Positions 58,063 through 64,000 of a stretch of 64,000 nt of DNA are shown here, in pieces. The notes beneath the pieces were generated by a model that was not told the DNA's origin, made no database searches, and saw only the letters and a list, made by a program, of their open reading frames with translations. Origin of the DNA: Candidatus Babeliales bacterium. GTDB taxonomy: Bacteria > Babelota > Babeliae > Babelales > JACPOV01. Each line of letters begins with the position of its first letter. The stretch's first letter is position 1. Made by a program: the position numbers and the translations under genes. Location of the stretch: assembly GCA_050250855.1 (NCBI GenBank), contig JBFWNW010000001.1, forward strand, positions 344,279-408,278, given 5' to 3'.

Positions 58063-59106
58063 TTAAAACTCTTTCATGGGCCAATGGCGCCGCCTTTGAT
58101 TGTGGCGGCGCATTTCTTTTGTCCTACCCAGGGCATTATCCAAAAGTTTGAATCCCAAGTTGGTGTACCATTGTAAATAACTTTTGCAAAGCGGCGGATT
58201 ATCATAGCCAACCATAGTGGGAAAATGCTCCGTATCTATAGGAATAATTTTTTGTGTTCCTTTTTCAACAGCATAATTATTAATGTGAGGATCTATATCT
58301 TGCTGTAGATAGTTACTTAAACTCATAGCCGTCATGCGATCGTGATCACTTTTTAAGCTAAACATACGTTTAACATCAATATAATCACAAATAAGGGCGT
58401 ATACTGCGGGAATATCCGTAGTACGTGTTTCTTCCGGGCCCATGTTTTTTCCTGTTATGGTGAGCCAACGAGGATTGCGTGGCAACCAGAACCATTTTCT
58501 TGGAAATGCAATTTTATCTTTCCAGTAACTATTTTGTTGAACTTTTTCACGTAGTCGTTCTAGATTTTTAATACGAGTAAAGCCGCTTAAATGTCGCGTT
58601 ATGCCGTTGCCAAGAATAAAAAGAGCGCTTGTTTCAAAGCCTTTTGAGAGTGGGCTTACAAAACTTTCTGGTGTTTCTACAAAAAGTTTGACTACAAAGG
58701 GGTAGTTTTTAAAGCGCGCAATGATGAGCCCTGTTTGATCACGTGTATTAAAATCTCTTTGTTTTAAAACAGTAAAATGGGTGAACTCTTTTTTCTTTTC
58801 ATGTACCTCTTTGAGTAAGTGTTGAACTAACTCTGATAAAACAGCGCCATTTACGGTTTGTCTGCTATGTCGATATGTAATGGGGCCGTAGGGCAAAAGG
58901 TGATCATAAAAATGCTTTTTATCAAAAAGATTAAAATAAGGACCTTCTTGTAGGTGAGAATGTACTAAGCTGTACTGCGTTTTTTCTCCTTGCCATTGTG
59001 CACAAATAGTTGGCGCATGAGGATCAATGGGACGAAATGGACTGCGTGCATGCAGTAAAAAAGATGTAGTAATAAAGGTAATAAATATACTGTATAAAAT
59101 TCTCAT
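58063..59106 (-). CDS. Secreted protein with protein-kinase-like motifs
   Basis: Signal peptide; FVVKLF, DPHINNY, IIPIDTEH. Confidence 0.6.
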   Translation of the reverse strand: MRILYSIFITFITTSFLLHARSPFRPIDPHAPTICAQWQGEKTQYSLVHSHLQEGPYFNLFDKKHFYDHLLPYGPITYRHSRQTVNGAVLSELVQHLLKEVHEKKKEFTHFTVLKQRDFNTRDQTGLIIARFKNYPFVVKLFVETPESFVSPLSKGFETSALFILGNGITRHLSGFTRIKNLERLREKVQQNSYWKDKIAFPRKWFWLPRNPRWLTITGKNMGPEETRTTDIPAVYALICDYIDVKRMFSLKSDHDRMTAMSLSNYLQQDIDPHINNYAVEKGTQKIIPIDTEHFPTMVGYDNPPLCKSYLQWYTNLGFKLLDNALGRTKEMRRHNQRRRHWPMKEF

Positions 59107-59313
59107 AATATTCCATATTTTTTATATATCTACTTTAGCCAAATTTTTAAGGCAATAAAAGATTTGTTCTATAATAATATGAAAAAGATGAAAGTAATCT
59201 ACTATTTTTGGCAAAAAAGAATACCATTTGCATCATGAATAGTCCTCGTAGTATTATAGAAAAAAAGAGGAATGTTTTTGATAATGTTTCAGAAACAAAA
59301 AAAAGGGTGAAGT

Positions 59314-59838
59314 ATGAAGTATTCAGATAAGCACGTTATGCTGCTTAAATTTCTTAATGAATTACCACGAAAGATGTTGTTGCTTGCTGATCATGATCAT
59401 GCACCAGCGTTTGTGCTCCATGATTTTTGCAGCGAATCATATTTTAATTTAAGTAAAGCAGCATATTTTGTGGATAATCCAGATTTTGACTGTACAAAAG
59501 GGATTGCAGGTGTTTGCAAACATGAAGAAAGCTTTTGTACTATTCCTGATATTTGGCAAGAGCGTGAGCGCTATTGTTCCATTCTTGATTGTTCTCCATT
59601 CTATAAGAAGGTTCGAGATTTTAATCGACCAAGTGTAAGCAAAAATTGCAATGAAAAAGAGTGCGTTGATATTATAGCACATGAGTTTGATTTTACTGAA
59701 CCGCGCTATATAACATGGCCTATGAAACATAATAATCATGGTATTTTTGTGTTTCAGGCTCACGATGGTGATCAGGAGTTGATTGATGAGCATTTAGAAC
59801 ATGGTGTTTATTATCTTAACTTTTGTCCGCTTGGGTAA
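59314..59838 (+). CDS. Hypothetical protein (possibly GAF-like)
   Basis: 174-aa ORF with RBS; Cys/His-rich; no motif recognised with certainty. Confidence 0.7.
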   Translation: MKYSDKHVMLLKFLNELPRKMLLLADHDHAPAFVLHDFCSESYFNLSKAAYFVDNPDFDCTKGIAGVCKHEESFCTIPDIWQERERYCSILDCSPFYKKVRDFNRPSVSKNCNEKECVDIIAHEFDFTEPRYITWPMKHNNHGIFVFQAHDGDQELIDEHLEHGVYYLNFCPLG

Positions 59839-59849
59839 CCGCTACCTAT

Positions 59850-61013
59850 TTACATATACGCAAGGCCTGGTAACTTTTGGCCGCTTAAATAGGCAAGTGT
59901 TGCGCCGCCCCCGGTGGAAAGAAAATCTATTTTTTCCGCAACATTTGCATTAAACGCAGCAGCTACTGAATCGCCGCCACCTACAACAGTATACGCTTTG
60001 CTTGTAGCAAGAGCTTCAAGGAGTTGTTGTGTTGCTTGCATGGTAGCAGGATTTGTGGGGAATCCCATAGCAGCATTAAAAAAAACAGTTTTTGCTTTTT
60101 GTATATGGGTGCAAAAATTTTCAGTTGTTTTTGGGCCAATTGCGGTACCAATGCCGTTTTCAGGAATTGCTTGTCCTTCTGTAGTAATAAGAGCGCTATT
60201 AATATTTTCCAGTGCTACTTGAAAATCTGAAGGCAGTACTATTTTTTGTGCGTCGGCTGTTGTTAAAAATGTTTTGATAGCATCAAGGGCTTCTTCATCA
60301 ACAAGAGATTTGCCGGTAGGAATTCCTAATGCATGGAGTATGGTAAAAACTAAAGCAGGGCATAAAAGAATATGGTCTACTTTTTTTACTATGCTTTCAA
60401 TGAAAGGCAATTTTGTTTTAATTTTGCCACCACCTAAAATGGTAATGAATGGTTTTTTAGGATCATTGATGAGTTTATTAAGATGAGTGATCTCTTTTTC
60501 TATAAGAAAGCCGATAGTTTTTTTATCCTGTTCATACAAAGCTGGCAATAGAGTCAGTGATGTTTCATTTCTGTGTAATGTGCCAAAGGCATCATTAACA
60601 AAAATATCGCCACATGATTTAAGTTGAAGGGCAAATGCTTCATCCTGTTTTTTTTCGCCAGGAAAAAAGCGAAGATTTTCAAGTAATATAAGATGAGATT
60701 TTTTTTCTTTGCTTTTTTGTGCTGCTACGGTTGGATTTTCTGCAAATTCGATAGCGTAGCCGTGATCCAAAAACCAAGGAATAAGTTGCTTGGTTGAATA
60801 ATGTAAGTCTGGCCCTTGAGGCCTTCCTAAATGCGTAGCAAGAACTATGTATGCTTGTTTTTCTAACAGGTAATCAATGGTTGGCCTTACGGCCTGTAAA
60901 CGAAAATCACTCATAATCATACCATCTTTAAGGGGTACATTAAAATCTGTACGCATGAAAACTCTTTCTTGTTCAAGAGACATAGATGGTAAGTGTGATA
61001 TAAGGTGCTTCAT
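59850..61013 (-). CDS. pgk: Phosphoglycerate kinase
   Basis: RTDFNVP, HLGRP, LENLRF, VNDAFGT.HR, VGGGDS, STGGGA. Confidence 0.96.
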   Translation of the reverse strand: MKHLISHLPSMSLEQERVFMRTDFNVPLKDGMIMSDFRLQAVRPTIDYLLEKQAYIVLATHLGRPQGPDLHYSTKQLIPWFLDHGYAIEFAENPTVAAQKSKEKKSHLILLENLRFFPGEKKQDEAFALQLKSCGDIFVNDAFGTLHRNETSLTLLPALYEQDKKTIGFLIEKEITHLNKLINDPKKPFITILGGGKIKTKLPFIESIVKKVDHILLCPALVFTILHALGIPTGKSLVDEEALDAIKTFLTTADAQKIVLPSDFQVALENINSALITTEGQAIPENGIGTAIGPKTTENFCTHIQKAKTVFFNAAMGFPTNPATMQATQQLLEALATSKAYTVVGGGDSVAAAFNANVAEKIDFLSTGGGATLAYLSGQKLPGLAYM

Positions 61014-61039
61014 AAAATACTCTCCTTTTTAATGCTTTA

Positions 61040-62752
61040 TTAAAAATCGTGTATATAAACAACTTCAATATTATTTTTTTCAAATTCTTTTAATGAGCTT
61101 TGCAGCGTATGCACCTTAATAGTAATTGCTGCATAGGTTGTTGCTTTATCGGTAGGCAACTCCCATTCGTACTCTTTAAAGCAACCGTTGATGGTATCAA
61201 AAGCAGGAGTAAGATTTTTGCCATAACGTACTTTGCATTGTATTTCTTTATGTCCTGCAATTTCTACAATAGTACATGAATCAGGAAATTTTTTTATAGT
61301 ATCTAAAAATAATTTGTAACGAGGAATCTCTAAAAGTTTGTAGGTATCATATTTTTTTTCTTTAAGGATAATATGCGCAGGCAGATTACTATCAAGAGTT
61401 TTCTCTGGATCATCTACCAATAACTGAATAGTTGCTGGTTCTTGCCCAGAATAGAGTGCTCTGATTGGTAAAGAAAGGAGACTTTTTGCCGTATATTCCA
61501 CCGACATGGTGCATCCAATAAAAAGATTCATGAGCGTGTAGGGTGAAGTAATCACAGAAAGAGTACCATTCTTTTTTTGTGCGGTTTTGAATGATTTTGC
61601 AAAAAGATCCCAATAGGAAGTTATGCTTTGCATATAAGGAAATTCATAAAAAGGTATTTTTTCAATAAATTTTCCATATTCTTGAGAAATATCAACATTG
61701 TACCATTCTGGTGTTGTAAGGTATGTTGATATATTTTCGCGCACATAATCAGGATTTTCTTTAAGCTCATGGCTAATGAGAGCAAGTTTATCAGAAGGTG
61801 ATGATGCTTGTTTGGTAAATCTCATCATAGTATTAAGACTAGGATCGCCTTTTTGTAAAAATTTCTGCGCATCAACTTCAAAGCCATGTTTTTTGAGAAG
61901 CTCTATCCAATACTCTAATGGTTGGAAGTTGCGATATTCTTTGCATTCAGCTTCTAAGCTTTCATTACCAATAGTGGCATTGAAAACAGTATGTGCCGCA
62001 TGGACCATTGAGAGTGTTAGATCATCTTTTGCGTCATGATCACGCAATAAGAATATTCCACCTGGCTTCATACAGCGAGCTACTGATGCAACAAACGCAT
62101 CAAGCTTTTCTACGGGAATATGATGAAGACCAATAAAGCAGATTACCAGATCAAGGCTGTTGCTAGGAATATCGCTGCTTTGTATTGGTTCATAATTGTT
62201 AAGTGGCACAAACGTATCATAAGGGAAGAGCGCATTAAAACTCAGGGACATTGTTTGAAAAAAATCACTGAATTTTTTCTGTTCATTTAAAACATAAATA
62301 GGACCAGTTATAGCTAGTTTGTTGCGTAGCACAGAAGTATAGGTAGCAGGTGTTCCAATTTCAAGGCACCCTTGCAGAGATTTTTTATTTTCGAGTAAAT
62401 TAAGAGCCTGCTTTGAAAGAACTTTTTTCTGAGTTGCTAATGATTGTAACTTTTTTAAAGCAGGAACCATAGGTTCTATGCGATGCATTTTTTTTACAAG
62501 ATGAGCATAAAATTCAGCATCATGCTGAGGATGTTTTTTTCTTTGTACGTTCTGTGCGAGATTATAAAATTGTTGTGTATCTACGTAGCGTAAAACATTT
62601 TCTAGAAATCCAGCAAACTCATTTTTTAGTGCAGACGAAGAAAATATATACTCTAAATGATGCGTAGAATTTCTCGGCTCATTAGCTGCTTGTAAGATAT
62701 AAGGAGTCATACTGCTTGTTAAGATAAAAAGTAAGATTTTTTTTGTATTCAT
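61040..62752 (-). CDS. Signal-peptide protein with a methyltransferase (type 11-like) domain
   Basis: LEIGT, DLVICFIGLHH, MKPGG.FLLRDHD; C-terminal TYLTTPEWY..FPY domain. Confidence 0.75.
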   Translation of the reverse strand: MNTKKILLFILTSSMTPYILQAANEPRNSTHHLEYIFSSSALKNEFAGFLENVLRYVDTQQFYNLAQNVQRKKHPQHDAEFYAHLVKKMHRIEPMVPALKKLQSLATQKKVLSKQALNLLENKKSLQGCLEIGTPATYTSVLRNKLAITGPIYVLNEQKKFSDFFQTMSLSFNALFPYDTFVPLNNYEPIQSSDIPSNSLDLVICFIGLHHIPVEKLDAFVASVARCMKPGGIFLLRDHDAKDDLTLSMVHAAHTVFNATIGNESLEAECKEYRNFQPLEYWIELLKKHGFEVDAQKFLQKGDPSLNTMMRFTKQASSPSDKLALISHELKENPDYVRENISTYLTTPEWYNVDISQEYGKFIEKIPFYEFPYMQSITSYWDLFAKSFKTAQKKNGTLSVITSPYTLMNLFIGCTMSVEYTAKSLLSLPIRALYSGQEPATIQLLVDDPEKTLDSNLPAHIILKEKKYDTYKLLEIPRYKLFLDTIKKFPDSCTIVEIAGHKEIQCKVRYGKNLTPAFDTINGCFKEYEWELPTDKATTYAAITIKVHTLQSSLKEFEKNNIEVVYIHDF

Positions 62753-62769
62753 GAAGTTATCCTTTTGGA

Positions 62770-64000
62770 TTACAAGGTATCTTTATAATGCATGTAAAAA
62801 TGATTGACAAAACGCTCTTCAGGATCAACATTTTTCTTTAATGATAAAAATTCTTTAAAGCGTGGATAAATAGTATTGAGCTGTTCTTTTGTTGCGTACA
62901 ATTGATAGGGTAAATAATAAGTTCCTCCTATGCTGTTTATTTCATTGATAAGCTCACGCGTCATTTTTCGCATATTCTCAAGTGCAGTAGAGGTCCTTTT
63001 GTGATTAATAAAAAGCACAAAAGCAAATGAATCTTGCGGTGCATAGGTAAGCATAGATTCGGTGTTTTTGGGAACATAACGAATAGTAATATTAAGTACA
63101 TTCGCACGATAATCAGGTAATACTTTTTTGAAAATTTTTATACATTCTTGATAACGATCAAGGGGAATGAAATATTCTTGCAAAACATTTACATCTGAAG
63201 AATTATATTCTGAAATTCCTGCAATGGTTGAGCCCATAGCATTGTTTCGTGTTATTATTTCATTTTGCTCAATGATATTTTCTTCCAAGAAGGGGCGTAA
63301 GATATTTGCTGTATAGGTTTTCTTTAAAAGAAAGAAGGCAATTTTATCACGTGTTGCATTGCCTTGTTTTTTTAATGCAACATCAATTGCTTCTTGCGTA
63401 GCATCAAAATAGGTTATTGATAAAACATCTTCTAAATAAGAAAGAGGACTCATGGAAAGACGTGCTGAATGCAGCTGAACATTATTTTTTCCATGAATGT
63501 TTTTTTCAAAGTATGCAGGATATTCAGAGGTTTTTAATCGTTTAGTCTTTTTTTCCAGAACGCTATTTTCAGTAAGTTCTAATACTACTTCAACCATAAT
63601 CCCAATAAGGCCATAGCCGCCTAGTGCAGCACTAAAAAGGTTTGCATTTTCTTCTCTGCTGCAGGTTTTTAGTGATCCGTCAGGCATGACCATAACTATT
63701 TTTTTTACACATGAAATGACCATTGGTTTTTTAATGTCCTGACCGTGTGCATTTACACTGAGGGATCCGCCAACAGAAAAATCATGATAGGATTGCATCG
63801 CTTTAAGAGCAAGGCCTAAACCATCGATGCCGCGTTGAATTTCTTCCCACGTTGCGCCAGTTTGGACCGTTAACTCTTTATTGACGACATCTATAGCAGT
63901 AATTTTATTAAGTTTACGCAGATCTATAACGATACCATTTGGGTATGATATATGACCGCCCTGAGAATAACGCGTGCCGCATACAGAGACTTTTAACCCT
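62770..64000 (-). CDS. FAD-binding (PCMH-type) oxidoreductase, aldonolactone oxidase/DprE1-like; 5' end outside window
   Basis: Frame stays open to the window edge (GLKVSVCGTRYSQGGH..GATW..); SVGGSLSVNAHG, GGYGLIG, LQEYFIP, GGTYYLPY, DPEERF.N. Confidence 0.88.
   Translation of the reverse strand, partial: GLKVSVCGTRYSQGGHISYPNGIVIDLRKLNKITAIDVVNKELTVQTGATWEEIQRGIDGLGLALKAMQSYHDFSVGGSLSVNAHGQDIKKPMVISCVKKIVMVMPDGSLKTCSREENANLFSAALGGYGLIGIMVEVVLELTENSVLEKKTKRLKTSEYPAYFEKNIHGKNNVQLHSARLSMSPLSYLEDVLSITYFDATQEAIDVALKKQGNATRDKIAFFLLKKTYTANILRPFLEENIIEQNEIITRNNAMGSTIAGISEYNSSDVNVLQEYFIPLDRYQECIKIFKKVLPDYRANVLNITIRYVPKNTESMLTYAPQDSFAFVLFINHKRTSTALENMRKMTRELINEINSIGGTYYLPYQLYATKEQLNTIYPRFKEFLSLKKNVDPEERFVNHFYMHYKDTL

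Noticed and set aside
59471..59479. Perfect DnaA box TGTGGATAA
   Set aside because: A single copy inside a CDS (V-D-N codons); insufficient for oriC.

Overview
AT-rich bacterial chromosomal window. The mix of housekeeping genes with many short 'MKK..' signal-peptide orphans and eukaryote-like enzymes suggests an intracellular parasite of protists, probably phylum Dependentiae/Babelota (TM6); this is inference, not a database result. Housekeeping genes include an ABC-F ATPase, PGI/PMI, rodA, uvrA, ppa, mutS, rplU, a trkA/trkH-type K+ uptake pair, glyQS, an HtrA protease, tlyA, dnaA, pgk and four tRNAs (Pro-TGG, His-GTG, Arg-TCG, Arg-CCT). The ORF track misses a >1240-codon secreted repeat protein at <1-3725 (-), with 11-residue-periodic stalk segments and a Gly-rich beta-helix-like domain. 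The most unusual part is an accessory region at ~37.0-49.8 kb near two tRNA-Arg genes. It contains a secreted GH64 glucanase and a 320-bp MITE with a 7-bp target duplication. It also holds two tandem arrays of diverged secreted proteins with opposite logic: array 1 (38.7-44.5 kb) keeps a nearly identical C-terminal membrane tail, and array 2 (45.4-49.8 kb) keeps a ~170-bp terminator-promoter-RBS block in front of each variable gene, with one boundary inside the last 7 codons of the neighbouring D-amino-acid oxidase gene. Other candidate host-directed proteins are a cPLA2-like phospholipase, an NCA2/DGS1-like protein, a kinase-like protein, a flavin amine oxidase and twin secreted methyltransferases. 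No CRISPR array, integrase, transposase or reverse transcriptase was seen.
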